This document shows positions 29,951 to 44,866 of a DNA stretch of 64,000 nt, piece after piece. Position 1 is the first letter of the stretch; each line of letters opens with the position of its first letter. The position numbers were made by a program, and so were the translations under genes. The notes under the pieces were generated by a model. It saw only the letters and a list, made by a program, of their open reading frames with translations. It was not told the origin of the DNA and made no database searches. Source of the stretch: the human T2T-CHM13v2.0 reference genome, Homo sapiens; the NCBI RefSeq assembly GCF_009914755.1, contig NC_060928.1; one strand, 5' to 3'.

Positions 29951-31892
29951 CTGAAAAACATAAAAAGGGCCCTTATCAAAAAATGTCCTTATTTTCTTGG
30001 TTTTTCTGTGAAAGCAATATATGGGAAACCCAGACCATGAAAAATAACAATGTCACATAGTATTTGAATAATTTGGGATAAAAGTCCTAGTAAAATAATT
30101 TGCTTACAGAACTAAAACAACACAAACAAAAAAAGAGTAATCAGGTCACTATTAATAAATATTTGATCCTGTTCCTGGATCAGAGAATCAGATGAGGCTC
30201 CATTTCTGTGGTTTTGTTTTGGCAAATCAGTCAAAGTTACAGAGAGTGGTCTCCCAATAGGCCATGCTACTCTGGCTTCTAGGATATGAAGTGTGAGTCT
30301 GAGCATCCCTAAAAACCATCTGTTTTGCTGGTATCTTAAATGATTGCAGTGAGTAAATATCTCCAATGTCAGTGAGTAAATATCATTTCCAAGTTCAAAG
30401 TTTCAGAGACAGAGCTGAGCAGAGGCTCCGTTGATTTGGAGCATTCTTGCACTCTCTTGTTAAGAAGGCATCATTACTGACCCCAGGGAAGGGAGTAATC
30501 TGGGCTTGTGCCCTTACAAATTGAGCTGGAAAGCACAGACATCGTCTCCAGAACCATGCTTTTTGGATGACCTGCAGAGTCCACCCATGGACTACCTTTT
30601 CTAGATTATTGCTAACCCACTACATTTGGTCATTTGAAACCTTTAAGGCCAATCATTGGAAAGACGTAATCGTGTAACTTTGGTGGAGAGCACAGAAGAG
30701 CATAGACAACCAATGTTTTTGCCCCCAAAGCAGAAGTTAGCAGAAAGGGACCTGTGGAACAAAGGAGGAGACTCATGCACCTTGACTACCTGAGGCTTGC
30801 TTCACTCCTGGAACTCAACACTTGAGCCCAGATGTTGTGACCTCCATTTGAATATTAGGGACCCACCTGGTGGGATCACCTGGGGGCAGGGAGCCATGGA
30901 GAAGTTGCCAGTATTACCCCCTGTGCCACCCACTTCTTTCCTGGCATCACCCAGAAAGGTCCTGGCATTGTGCAAATATTGCCTAAACTTATACTTTTCT
31001 ATTTCATCCAAAGCCTTGTTCTCTCTTAAATGTGAGAAAGAAAACCTTAAAAGTACTAGAAGAAAACATGGGTAAACATGTTTATAATTCTGCAGTGGAA
31101 AAGGCATTTTTAAGTATAATGTAGAGCCCAGAAATTATAAAGTTAAAAAATGACAGATTTTGAGGACACTTAAAATAAAATACATTATAGTCCTCAATAT
31201 TTGAAAGACAAATTGAACTGGGGAAAGCATAACATATGTGAGGGGCAAAAAACTAATAAGCATATGTAAAAAGGGTTTTTATAATTTAATCAAAAAGAGA
31301 CAGTCCAAAAGGGCAAAGTACATGAATGAGAAATTCACGAATTGAGATATACAAATGACAAATAAATTTATGGAAAGGTGTTCAAACTCACTAGTAATAA
31401 CTGTGTTTAAAAAAAAAGTAAAAATGAGGACTTCTATTGAAACACGGTAAATAAAAAAAGTGCACTTACCTCCTCTCCCTCCCCAAACACCACTAGAACA
31501 ATAGCAAAAGGACATAAACCTCCAAGTCCAAGGAGAATGAGAGAGGAGTCCAGAGCAGCCAATTCTGAAACTGACCAGCAGATGGGCCAGCGGAAAGGGA
31601 TACTGGGACACCACAGGGCAAAAGACACCGAAGCCCACCAGCATGCGGGCAGTGCAGAGCAGAATGTGTGTGCTAAGACCCTCAGGAGGGCTGTGGATTG
31701 CGGGCTCCTAGGGCGTCTAGAAGTGGGGGATGCAACCGGGGTTAGTAACAGAAGGTTCACTGAAAGTCAGTTTAAGGTTTGGTGGCCCCCACACTAGCAG
31801 AATACTAGTGGCTAAACCGGAGGCACAGGCCAAGAGGCACCAGGCATGTGGAGGGAGAGTAGAGGACACTGGCAGCCCTCATCTGAGTCTAG

Positions 31893-32942
<1,050 letters not shown>

Positions 32943-32998
32943 CTACCACAGCTTCCTTGGGAGTCAGTGGGGTCAGTCCACATCCCTGGTTTAGGCAC

Positions 32999-33450
32999 CG
33001 TAGTGAGTTGAATTGTGTCCTCCCAAAAGATATGTTTGAGTCCTAACCCCCAGTACCTGTGAATGTGATCTTATCTGGCAATAGGGTATTTGCAGATGTA
33101 ATTGAGGACCTCAGAATAAGACCATCTGGATTTGGGGCAGGTCCTAAATCCAATGCCTAGTGTCCTTGCAAGAGAAAGGAGCGGAAGATTTGACATCCAG
33201 AGACACAGACACAGAATAGCAAGGCAGAGTAGATGGCCGTGTGAAGACAGAAGCAGGAACCGGAGGGATGCAGCCACAAGCCAGGAACACCTGGAGTCAC
33301 CAGAGACTGGAAGGGGCAAGTAAGAAGTCTCCCCTAGAGTCTTTGGAGGGAGCATGACCCTGTTGACACCTAGATTTTGAACTCCTGGCCTCCAGAACTG
33401 TGAGATAATACATTTTTTTGTTGTTATGGAGGACCTAGGAAACTAGTACA
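32999..33450 (+). mobile_element. MLT1-family solo LTR
   Basis: gagttgaattgtgtcc...ggcctccagaactgtgag...ggaaactagtaca. Confidence 0.85.
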
Positions 33451-33859
33451 GGTACATTGAAACTTCCATCTTCCCTGTCCCAGCAGATCCTTGCTACCAC
33501 TCAAGCCTGCAGCCAGCACTGCAGGTAGGGAGAATGTGGCTACACGGGCCACAAGTGGACCTGCAGGCAGGGCTGTAAGAGCAGATCAGTTGATGATACT
33601 TAGACACGTGGCACGAGGGCCTCCATTTGTGCTCTTGGCCTAGGCATGTTAGACATGGGCTTGCCCACTTGGCTGGCAGCCAGACATGCCCCTTACACAG
33701 GGAATGAATCAATTTAAGCCAAGAGAAAAGACCTATAGATGGACAGTCCTTGTTCTCCCTACGAAAAGGCCCAGCCAGGTCACCCTCCACTGAAGCCTGC
33801 CTGTCAACAGGCTTTCCCTGCTAGCAAGAGCTTAACAGTGCTGTACTGTCTCACCTCAG

Positions 33860-34620
33860 ACACAAGTGAACAGTCAAAGATCACAAGACGTTTGAGACAG
33901 GAAAGAGTTCTGCACCCATAATGACAAGAACACTGCTTTAAAGAATATAGAAAAACAACCAAAAGCTCTTAGAAATTAAAAACAGGAAGACAGAAATAAA
34001 AACTCAAATGAAGAATCGAAGATAAATTGAAGAACTCAGAAAGAATTTAAAAAAAAAACCTCAAAGACATGGAAAACAGAAGAGAAAATATAAGAATATT
34101 AGTGAATTGGGCTAGGAAATCTCCTCACATCCCCCACCCCCCCAAAAAAAAATGAGTTCTAGAACCAGAGAAGAAGATAACAGATGGCAGGAAGTTTAAA
34201 AGAAATTACACAAGAAAATTTCCAAGGACTGAAAGATACCTGTTTTAAAAATGAAATGCTCACCAAGTACCCAGCCCGATGGATGAAAAAGACCCATATT
34301 TTTATATATCTACATAAAAGAATCTGTAAGATCTACAAAATGATAACACAGATTCATATTTACTGACATAGAAATATTTTCATGACATATTCTGAACAGA
34401 AAAAGCATGCTTCAAAGCAGTTGTGTATAATCTGAGCCTATTTATGTAAATGTATAGTTACATAAAGAGACATCTGTAATAAAAAAGCCCAGAAGAGTGG
34501 CTCCCAAGACATTAACAGGAATGCTCCATGGGTGGTGATACATCCTGGGCATTTACTTTCTTTTTTATACTTCTTTACATTAAGTGTATTCTACATGAAC
34601 ATATGTCACTGAAAAGAACA
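33860..34620 (+). mobile_element. Old L1M fragments
   Basis: A-rich, ORF1-like KEITQENFQGLKD followed by 3'UTR-like sequence. Confidence 0.55.
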
Positions 34621-34749
34621 ATACAAAAGTAAGCTTGCCTCTGTCCTCTTTTTTATCCCTTTCCTTGTCTGATCAGTAGCCATGTCCTTTTTATCCCTGT
34701 TCCAGCACCACATTTCTATCAATCTCTTATATCTTTCTTTTGGCTAGCT

Positions 34750-35825
34750 AAATTTGTGTGAGCTCCAGATGCTTCTGAATGCCTCCTACATAGCCCCACT
34801 TGGGACTCTCTCTCTCAGATATGTGAATTAACCTGCCCTAAAGTGAACATACTTGTTTCCCCCCAAGCTGCTCCCACTTCAGTGTCCTCCATCCCCCATC
34901 TCAGTTAATAGCATCCTGTCCTATCTATCCAACTGCTCAAAGCAGAAAAGCCTGGGGCATCATCCTTGCCCCTAACCAACCCTGTACCTCCAACCCACTA
35001 CTCTCCTGTTGACCCTACCTATAAATGCCTCACAAACATGCCCCCTTCTCTCCACCCCTATGGCTTCTATGCCATTCATTTTGTCATTCATTCAGCAAAT
35101 ATGGAGTGGTGCCTCCCATGTGCCAGCCACTGGGTTAAGAGCTGGCATTCAAGGGTTAGAAAGACAAACAAGGTGTCTGTTCTCATGAATAGGACCTTGT
35201 GTTCTAGAGGAAATGATGCACAATAAACAAGCAAACAAAACAACTGCCTAATGAAGTAAATTATATGAAGAAAATAAAATGTGTGATAAAGAATTACCAG
35301 CAGAGGGCAAGGGCTGTCACTCTTTAGATAGGGTGGCTAGGGGAAGATGAGATGGAGGCCAGCATGCAGGGTGTCCCCCTCCTCTGAGGCCCTTGCCTTC
35401 GCTCTCTTCCATCTTCAAACAGTAAGAGTGTTCCCATTAAAGGTAGACTGATCCTATTGTCTTCCTGCCTGAAATCCAACATGGCTCACAAGGCCTTGTA
35501 TCCCATTTCAGCCTCCCCTCTCTCCACTGCCCCTGCACACCCTCTGCTCCAGCCAAGCAGAGCTTTCCTGTCCCTGAATGCTCTCCCTCCACTCCCAGCC
35601 TCCATGCTGGGTTGCCTCATTTCTGCTCACCCTTGGATCCCACTTACTCCAGGACACCCTTTCGGTGAGGCCCCTACCAGGATATATACTGACCTTGAAC
35701 ATTGTTACCAGACTGCATTGTTGATGACTTATTTACTTACCTGAATCTGTAGGTGGCCAGCGCTGGCCTCATCCCCCCACTGAATCCTCATGTCTGGTGC
35801 ATGGCACACTCAATGTGTTTGGAGA
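34750..35825. mobile_element. L2 fragments
   Basis: L2-type motifs (tcattcattcagcaaat; aaatccaacatggctcacaaggcc; tggcacactcaat). Confidence 0.5.
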
Positions 35826-38049
35826 CTGCCACCCCGATTGGCTTTCATTATCTCTCACCTGAACTGCTGCCTCCAAACTGATTTTGTCACTTTCAACTCT
35901 TCCCTCACAAAACCCACCTGTTAGAAAAATCTTTCTAAACCAAGTGGCAAAGCCAGAACAATGAACTCAGAAACTAGTGATGACCCTGGACCACATGTGA
36001 GTGCCAGGTAGGAATGTTAGGTTTAGAGGGCTGTATTCATTGGTAAGGAATTCATGTCACAAGGCAAGGCTGCATGCCTGTGGGTGGAGAGGAGGGGCTG
36101 TGTATGGCCTGCCCCCAGGCAGAGAGCAGTTTTGGGGAAGTGGTGGGTCCTCTCAGCTCTCAGGAGAAATCCGAGCCTGGAAAGCAAGCCTTAGACAAGC
36201 AGAAGAGGGAACTCCTAAACCCATGGTCTCTGCTCTCACACTCCAAATTTTAGGAGTTTCAAACATACCTAACCAGTTGCAGGCTCAAAAGACCCCAGGG
36301 GTTGTAGCTGGGGAGGTGGAGGATGGGGAATAGGGAGATGGTGTTTGTCCAGTAAGGTATGCTGGAGTTAGGGTCTTACATCATAAGATTGTACGTTACT
36401 GTTCATTTATTCATTCAATAAATATTTATTGAGGCCCTGCCGTTTGCTGAGACTGTTCTAGGTCCTGGAAATACAGGAGCGAGCAAGGCAGACCACATGG
36501 CTTTTCTGCTGGAGCTTTCATGCTGAAGGAGGTTCTTAGACAATCAAATACACACATAGACATACTTCAGGTAGTGATAAGGGTGATGAAGGAAAATAAA
36601 ATAGGGTGAGGTTCAAACCAAAGGGAAGCTATCAGATAATAGGCTGGTCAGTAACTATCTCTGTTTTCACTTTCTTATCCCTAGCTCTAGTAAAGTCAAG
36701 AAACCAGCACTTCTTGAACTTTGATGTGCAAATGAATCACCCTGGGATCTGGTTAAAATGCGGATTTCAATTCAGTGGGTCTGGCGTGGGAACTGAGACT
36801 GCATTTTTAACAGGCTCCCAGGTAATGCCTTGGCTGCTGGTTCCTGGACCACACTGTCTTGCCATATGGGATTAAGGGAAAAGCTGTGAGTCCCTCCTAG
36901 GGCAGCCTCAACAGAGAGGCCATACCTCCTGAGGGCAGCAGACTAGGCAGTGATGCCAGCCTTAAGGAAGAGCAAAGATCAGCAGCAAATCCACCAGTAC
37001 TAGATCCTCTGACACTCCTGGCATGCATTCATCAATTCAGAACCTCCCTTTCGATAATCTGGGTTTGAAACCAGCAAGAAAGTCATGGAATTTCATTTTA
37101 AGTTTCCCCATTTTGTGGTACACAAGCCCCTCCACAGCCTAGCCCACCCTTATTTTTTGCTATAAGCATTCCTGACCCCTAGGTTTCCGGCAGTCAGAGT
37201 GGACAGTCCCCTCTCTCTGCCTTGTCCCATGGCCATCCATCCCAATATTAAAAAAAAAAAAATCTCCAAGCCATTTGGTACTGTTGTTCCCTCCATCTAG
37301 AATACTCTGGCCCATGAGGTCAGATCCTGCCCATTCCCCAACACCCAGCTCGAATGCCACGCCCTCACGGGTTGGAGGAGAAGGGGGTTAGTCAGGAGCA
37401 AGCCCTTCTCAGAAATCCTACAGTTCTTTGCCTGAACCTATTTTGGGACATTAATCTCTTCCTACCCGCTCTGTGAGTGATTTTTGTTGTTGTTTAAGAG
37501 TTATCTTTGCCCTTAAGAGTTATTTTTGTCCTCGTTTTACGGATGGGATTTGGGTTCCTCCAGGTAAGACCTACCCTCCTCCACCCCCAAAGCCTCCTGG
37601 TACCTGGATGTAGCCTAAGAAGAATTGTCCTATGAACGAAGAATAAATTAAGATTGGGTTTGCAATTGACGCCAGCAGAAGCAGAAATGGGCTAGGTTGA
37701 GCACCAGGCAAGACAAGCTGACGATCAGGGTACACATCTTGAATCAGAAACCCTGGGCACAGACCAGCAGTCTGCGTGGTAACAGGCCCTCCGAGTGATT
37801 CTGATGACACTCGAGTTTGAGAACCAGGGCGGTCTAGCCAAAAGCCTGCAGTACACCCCTTCCCCTCTCTCGCAGCTTACGACCTTGACCCTGGGCTCTG
37901 GGGGCTTCCGCCGAGGAGGGAGGAGGGCACAGGCGGTCACAAAGGAGGGCGGGAGTGGAAGGGGTGAGCCTGGAAGAGAAAGTGCGAGGATGCGAGAAGA
38001 GGGATGGAGCGAAGGAAGAGGATCAGAAGGAGGAAAGGAAGGTAGCGGG

Positions 38050-38720
38050 GAGGGCACAGAAGTGGGGAGGGAGGGAGTGGAGGAGGGACTGGCACCCCGC
38101 ACGGTGGCATCTTCCAGAAGGTCATGCGTCCGTCCCCACGTCTTTCCAGGGCCGGTTCTCCCCGGTGGGGCCCGGGGTCTTGGAGACCAGTCTGTGCAGC
38201 CTGCCCGGCACCAGCGTGAGCCCCGGGACCCCGGCCTGGCGTCCCCCACGCCCGCGCCCCCGCGCCAGTACCTGCTCCTGCTGCGGGGGGGCCTCCAGCA
38301 CCGGCGCTGCCTTCCGCGCCGCCGTCCCCGCGGCCATGCCTGAGCCACTGTGCCTTCTCCAGGGCACAGCGCCTGCCGGGGAGGGTCCCGCAGAGTCCGC
38401 AGAAGGAGGCGCCGCGGGGCCTCGGGAGCCGAGGGTGAGAGCCGGATCTGCGGCGGCGGCGGAGCGGCGGCCCTGCCCGGGTTGTGCGGGGCGGGAGATG
38501 GGAGCCTCCCGGCACGCCCCGCCTCCGCCCCCTGCACGCTGGCCAGCGTCCTCCCCAGCAGCGGCCTCGAGGTCCCGGTCGCCAGCACCCCCGGTTCCTT
38601 CAGGACCTCAGGCCTCCCATTCAGCCAGCCATTGTCGCCGATAAAGCGTCCTGAGCCCTACCGGGTGCGTGTGGCGGGAACCCCGGTTTTGTTACCGGGC
38701 GGCAGGACTGGAGGAGGGGT
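38050..38720 (-). promoter_or_regulatory. RNF175: CpG island / RNF175 promoter and 5'UTR
   Basis: Very GC- and CpG-dense stretch around the ATG; GC boxes (GGGGCGGG near 38488, CACGCCCCGCCTCCGCCCC near 38513-38531); no TATA seen; exact TSS not determinable. Confidence 0.88.
38272..38337 (-). CDS. RNF175: RNF175 coding exon 1 (MAAGTAARKAAPVLEAPPQQEQ)
   Basis: ATG at 38337 in GGCATGG Kozak context inside a CpG island; 66 nt ending CAG|GTACTG donor; peptide matches the recalled RNF175 N-terminus. Confidence 0.93.
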
Positions 38721-39415
38721 CAGAGGTGGGTAGGGAGAGAGAGGGGAGTAGAGGAGTGAGAAATGGCGGTGGGGGGGCGAGGGGTGCTGGGGAGGAAGAG
38801 AAGAGAGAGAGAGAGTTTCCTCTCCCTCAGAGGTTTTTATTAGGAGGCAGGAGTTCGGGTGGCTGTGCAGATACAGACTTTCCTCAGTTATCTGTGCTTC
38901 CTCCAAAGATGATGAAGGAGAGAAACTCCAATCTAGGGAGAGCGCAGACCATCTTGGCCCCTATGCTGCTCCAGGCCATGCAGGGCCCCTGCGACGCAAG
39001 CATCTTGCCTTTGCCCCTCTACCTCCAGGGTCTCCCCTCCCGCCTTTACAACTTAGGCCTAAGCCTGGCTTCAAGGTTGAGAACAAGCTGGAACGTTTAG
39101 GCAAGCCTTTAGAAATACCTGGGTGTTGATTTGGGGAAACAGAAAAGAGGAGCACAGAATTAGATGATGTGTCCTACGAAATACGGCTTACCCCTTTCCA
39201 GTTTGTGATGGCTCGTATTTGTCAACACCTACAAAGGAGGTGAACGGACCAAGATGGACATTTCTCTGCCATTGTGGAACGTAGAGCCTAACAGGGGATA
39301 GAGAAAAATAAGCATCTAAGTACAATTTATCACGGATGGTGCCTTGGTTTTCCAGCCTTAACTGGGCATCAGAATCCTATGGAGGAATGCTGAGTTTGTT
39401 AAAACTCAGAGTGCT

Positions 39416-39706
39416 GGCCAAGCACAGTGGCTGATGCCTTTAATCCCAGCACTTTGGGAGGACAGGGCGGGCGGATTGCTTGAACCTAGGAGTTTGAGAC
39501 CAGCCTAGGCAACATGGTGAAGCCCCATCTCTATAAAATATACAAAAGTGAGCTGGGCGTGGTACACCTGTAGCCCCAGCTACTCAGGAGGTTGAGGCTG
39601 GAGGATCGCCGGAGCCCGGGAGGTTCAGGCTGCAGTAAGCCGTGATGGAACCACTGCACTTCTGCCTGGACAACAGAGCGAGACTCTATCAAAAAACAAA
39701 ACAAAA
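39416..39706 (+). mobile_element. AluJ-like inserted in a MER5A relic (~39340-39810)
   Basis: Dimeric Alu; flanks read as MER5A halves. Confidence 0.85.
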
Positions 39707-39949
39707 ATCTTCAGATTGCTGGAGTTGAGCCCTAGAGTTTTTAATATAGTAGGTCTAGGGTGGAGCCTGAGCATTTGTCTTTTGAACAAGTTTTCAGGTG
39801 CCGCTGGGGCTGTTACCTACATCTGAAGACTACCTTGTAGCATGATCAGAGTGTGTTGGAAAGAGTGTCTGAGATGGAGAGAACAGTGGATGCAAGGGCC
39901 GGAATGCTGGAGAAGGCATAATGAATTGGAGAAATAAAAATCATGGTTA

Positions 39950-40190
39950 ACATTGATAGAATGCTTACCGTGTGCCAGGTGCCGTCCTGAGCACTCTACC
40001 TGTGTTAGCTCATTCAGTCTTCCTGACAATCCTGTGAGGTGGGCATTGTGACTGTCTGTGTTTTACACGGGAGAACACTGAAGCACAGAGAGGTCCAGAA
40101 GTTTGTTCAAGTTTTGAAGCTAATAGGTGGGGCAGTGGGAATTTGAACCCAGACAAAACTGACTTCATGGTCTGGGTTCTTAATCTCTCA
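39950..40190 (-). mobile_element. MIR
   Basis: ttttacacgggagaacactgaagcacagagagg ... ggaatttgaacccag. Confidence 0.7.
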
Positions 40191-43100
40191 AGGAAGTAGC
40201 TGCGAAGGTCAGCAAGGGCCAGATCCACATAAATCATATTAAACAGTTTGGACTGTAGCCTCAGGAGAATGAGAAGCCATTACCGAGTTTTAAGCAAGAA
40301 AATGACATTACCAGACTTGCCTTTTGGCTTCAAGAGTGGGGAAGAGGGCTATGACTATGACTCAAGACAGAGAGACCAGCCAGAAAGCTATTGCTGTAGT
40401 TTCAGCTCTAAGGATGACAGTGGCCTTGGTGGTGAGAGTGTGTGCGGGGACAGAGTGGAGGGGAGATGGAGAGATGTGTTTGGGGATGGGAGATCTAGGT
40501 AATAGAATCTACTGTACTTGACTCATCTCCAAGGATGGTGCCCAGGCATGTGGCTTGGGCAGTCTAGCATTTGGGCAGACAGTGCTGCCATTGCTGAGAA
40601 TGGGAACATTGAAAGAGCAGCAGATTTGGGGACACAAAAATAGTGGGTTCATTTGGACATGTTACTTCTCTACCTATCTTGTGGCCTGCCTTCATGTGGC
40701 AAGAGCCATTTTTTCTCTCCAGCCCAGGATATCCTCACATTCATCTAGATTCTCCCAAGGCAGCAAAATAATAAAATGAAAATAGTCCATATGGAGATAG
40801 ATGTTCCCTTTCTATAAAATTCTGACCTGTTATTGTTATATAAGTCTCAGGTCCCAGATTTGAAACTCTCTCTCCTGATTGATTGGCACCAAAAAGACCC
40901 ACATACTTCACTGGAGACCCATGTATGCACAAAGGTATCATCTTCCTTCTGGCTTCAGCTCAGCAATCATATCAGAATAAAACTCAAAAAGTGCATTTCT
41001 TCCCCATCAGTAACGATGGCTTTGCTCTAATCTATCCTCCTCTTATACCTGGTTTCTTCTATGATCAAATTGCAGATATTCAGAATGAATATTTAATTTC
41101 CCAGTCAGTTAGGCAATGCTCTCTGGAGTAGTTCACTGAAACAAGGTTAATTAATTTGAAATTTTGTTTTCCAAATCAAATGGTTGGCGGCTGACTCTGT
41201 CTTCTGTCCTGGAATAGATGAACTGTATTCTGCTGCTTAACACTAATCTCTTCAGCATTTTAGCTGTAGTCTGTGCATCCTCCTTCATGTCCCGCAATGT
41301 AGAGTCCTGAGGTGGTTGTAATGATGTAATGGAAGAAATTAGCTAATGTGGTAAATGTGTTTGAGAAACAAGGTGGGGTCAAGAATCACTAGTCAGTTGA
41401 TTGTCATATTTGGTGCAGGAATCAACAGACTCAAGGAACAGAATGGGCACATACATTTATGGAAAACTGGTTTCATGAGAGGAGTAGCAAATCAGCAGAA
41501 AAAAATAGATTATTTAGTAACTGGTTTATCCATAAGAAAAAAAAATTATACCATACCAGCACAAAACTGGTGGTTAGAAAGCAATAGTTTATCTAAAAGA
41601 ATGTTTTTATGGTCTCAAGATAAGAAAAGATATATTAAACAAGACTCACAAAGAACAAATGGCAAAGAAAAAAGTTTGCCTGTATTAAAATGAAAAATTT
41701 CTGTACAACAGAAACTTGCGGTTAAAAAAGAGGCAAGCCATGAACCAGAATATATTTGTATATAACTCATTGACAAAGGACTAGTACTCAGAATAAGTAG
41801 AACTGCTAGAGATTAATTTTTAAAAAGCGTAGATCAATAGAAATGGGCAAGGGATATAAATCAATTTGTATAAATAAAATTATGAGACTTTAAAAATAAT
41901 TTTAAGGGAATTAATGATTGAATTTATTAATATGTGGATTAATTCAGAGTACACACTTCACAGGAATGCTTGTATATGTTCAGTTACTTGTTCCGCAGTG
42001 GCTCCCTCCAGCCTTCCTACCCTAGACCACTCAGCAATTTTCCCCATTTCTCCTCCACTTTCTTGGGGCCACCAAACTTCCTTGGGCCAGTGGTGCCACC
42101 TAATGGTTAGATCTTGCAGAATGCCATTGTATTGCTTTACAAATGATCTTTTTCAAGTAACTTCCATTTTCAATTTACTCCTTTCCTCATTTCTCATCTT
42201 TTCATATTTCATATACCATATACAGATATTTCATGTCTTTTTCATATTCCCAGATAAAATGTGTATTTGATCCCTAGCATTAAGCTAGAATAAATGATTC
42301 AGAATGTCTCCAGCCAGGTGCAGTGCTGGTCACATGTGGAATAGGATGGCAGAGGGAGACTCCAGGCAACTGGCAGAACTTCTCCTCTGTGAAGGGGATA
42401 GCAAGAGCAGGTTCATCTACATGAGGGCAGGGCAGGGAGGTAAAAATCCATCCAGGCTGTGTGAATATCCAAGAGCTTGTCTGATCTCAGAAATCAGTAT
42501 GAAAAAGACACCAAACTTTCTGGACTCCAGTGGTTCTTGGGGCCAGGGTTGGCTTTGTTATAAATAGGAATAATCACCCAAGAGGGGAGGAACGCTGAAG
42601 CCAGGTCCCATCTTGGCTGATGAAATAGCTGCATAGGAATGACTAGGCTAACTTCTTTTCAGTCGTCCTAACCCTCCATTCCACCCCCTCCCCAAACTCC
42701 TTTCTGGGTGCTAGGTTGGTCTTCACATGCAGACACTAGTTCCTTAGAATTGACAGAAATCCTGCAAGTTGGTCTGATTCCCAACTGTCGGGGTTCCTGA
42801 CTTAACAGTCCCAGTTTTCCTTGGTCCCTCTGCCTAACTGGATAGACATTTTCATCTTCCTTTAATTAAATCTGTTTTTGCCTAAGCACTAGTACTTTTT
42901 TATCTCATCCTTTAATTATTAGTATTGTAACACTATTGATTTCCACTCTGTTGGGCTAAAATGTATGGTGTTTAGCTATATTATGGTTACATGGCTTTTT
43001 GTGAGCTGGCTTGTAGCCCTAATTGCCATTTATAAAATTGCTTCTATGGGAAAGTGCATTCTGCCTTTCAAACCACAGCCTTCCAAACACACGAACACAG

Positions 43101-44320
43101 TTCATTTGTGAGCTGGGAACCATCAGTATTAATGTCTCTTGGCCCATGGCAGCCCCACAACCAAATGACATGTGGTTTAAGGTTCGTGTAACAGCCAGTT
43201 CATTTAAATAATTTTAGCTAGGACTCAGCTTTCAGGTTCTCGGATTTCTGGTTAATTTCGAATAGAAGAGGCAGCAGAGTTGCAGCATTCAGACAGTGTA
43301 TGCATGGTGCTCCCTGCTCCTTATTGAGTAATGGCACATTCTTTCTTTTAATGGTTTACCCTGCAGGTTTTAGGAGTCAGCCTCTTCTGAAGGCAAGCTT
43401 TTCAGTTCTGTTGAACAATTGATCTTGGAAAAGAAGAACTCCTTTTAAAAGACAACTATACTTTCAAGCCTGGAAGTTCAGCTAGGGTCATTCCAGTTTA
43501 TTGAGTCCAGGGGCCCTCTCAGCAGGAGGGAAAACCACATTTAAATCCTTGATGGGGCTCCTTCTCCTTCTTTCTGCTTGTCTTCCTTTCCCCAGTGCCT
43601 CCTCTAAGAAGTTTCTTCTTTACTAAGTTAGAAGCCAAACAGCCCGTCCCAGGCAAGCTAGTCTCCACTGTCCTAGCTATAAAAAGAGTTAATATTTATC
43701 AAACACCAACAGTGTGCCAAGGCACTGGCTAAGTGTGATACATGTCTGATATCATTTAATCCTCAAAAGGACTCCCAGTGATAGGTATCACCATCCACAG
43801 TTTACAGATGAAGACATTTAAGTCAAAAGAGATGAATTGCTTTATCTAAGAATGTGTAGCAGCAACCACTGCTGTTCCAGTGGCCTAACCCCTAGGTTGT
43901 GTGGGGAGGCCCATTGCTTCACTGGAGGTGCCCCCAGGAAACCTTGTCCTGATACCGTGTCCTGTGTTTTTTTTTTTCATTTCTAGTTAAGACCAAGAAC
44001 TTGCCCTCATAATTCCCATACTTCAGATTAATTGCCAGAGGTGCAAGATCACGTGCACCTCTGTCCCAAAAAGTCACATTCTGGTGAAAGAAAAGTACTA
44101 ATATTCTTATTTTCTCTTTACTTTAGATATTTGTCTTCCCTAGGGGCTTGAAACAATCAGTTATAGAAGCACCAAGAGCACACAGTTATTTTTACCCTCC
44201 AGTGCGCACTTCTGGCCTGACTTCTTACTTTGCTTTCTACGCATGACAATAGCTAAAATATTTTATACTCCTGAATAGTGCCAGGTGCTTTACATATATT
44301 TAATCCTAAAACAACACTAT

Positions 44321-44866
44321 TGAGGAGGGAGAATAGGGTCTGAAGGCAGGGAACATAAGGCCAATTCACGCAAATTTCCTGGAACTAAATTAAAAGGAAG
44401 AACCTGCACTCTGACCTACTGTTGGTCCATTCTAGGACCTTTATTTGCATAAGGCACCAGTCCATGCCAGCATCTGATTGGCTACGGGCCAAACCTGCAC
44501 TCTGGCCTATGAGTGGTCCATTCTAGGACTTTCATTTGCATAGGGTGCCAATCATAGCATTCGTGGATTGGCTGCAGCCCATTTCACTTTGGCCTCTAAT
44601 TGGCGGTGAGCTAGCCCTTCATTTACGTATGGTGTAACCAATGAGAGACCTCTAGAGAGTACTGAAACCCCAGAAGGCTTTGCTACCGGGACTGTTGAGC
44701 CACTTGCTGGGGCTTCTCCCGTTCTGTGGAGTGTACTTTCGCTCCTATTGCCTTCCGCTTCAGTAAATCTAGGCTTTCATTGCTTGCTCGCGGGTGCTGT
44801 TCAATTCTTTGTTCAACGCACCAAGAACCAGGACAACTCATGATTAGAACCTTCCACTCGGTACCA
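44321..44866 (+). mobile_element. MER51-like ERV1 solo LTR inserted in a MIR
   Basis: 5' end tgagg..gagaatagggtctg..ggcagggaac; TG...CA; repeated CCAAT and ATTTGCAT; AGTAAA poly(A) signal. Confidence 0.75.

Noticed and set aside
37725-39100. Several long overlapping ORFs (up to 287 aa) on both strands
   Set aside because: Expected stop-codon scarcity in a CpG island; only 38272-38337 matches a known protein and has a donor site
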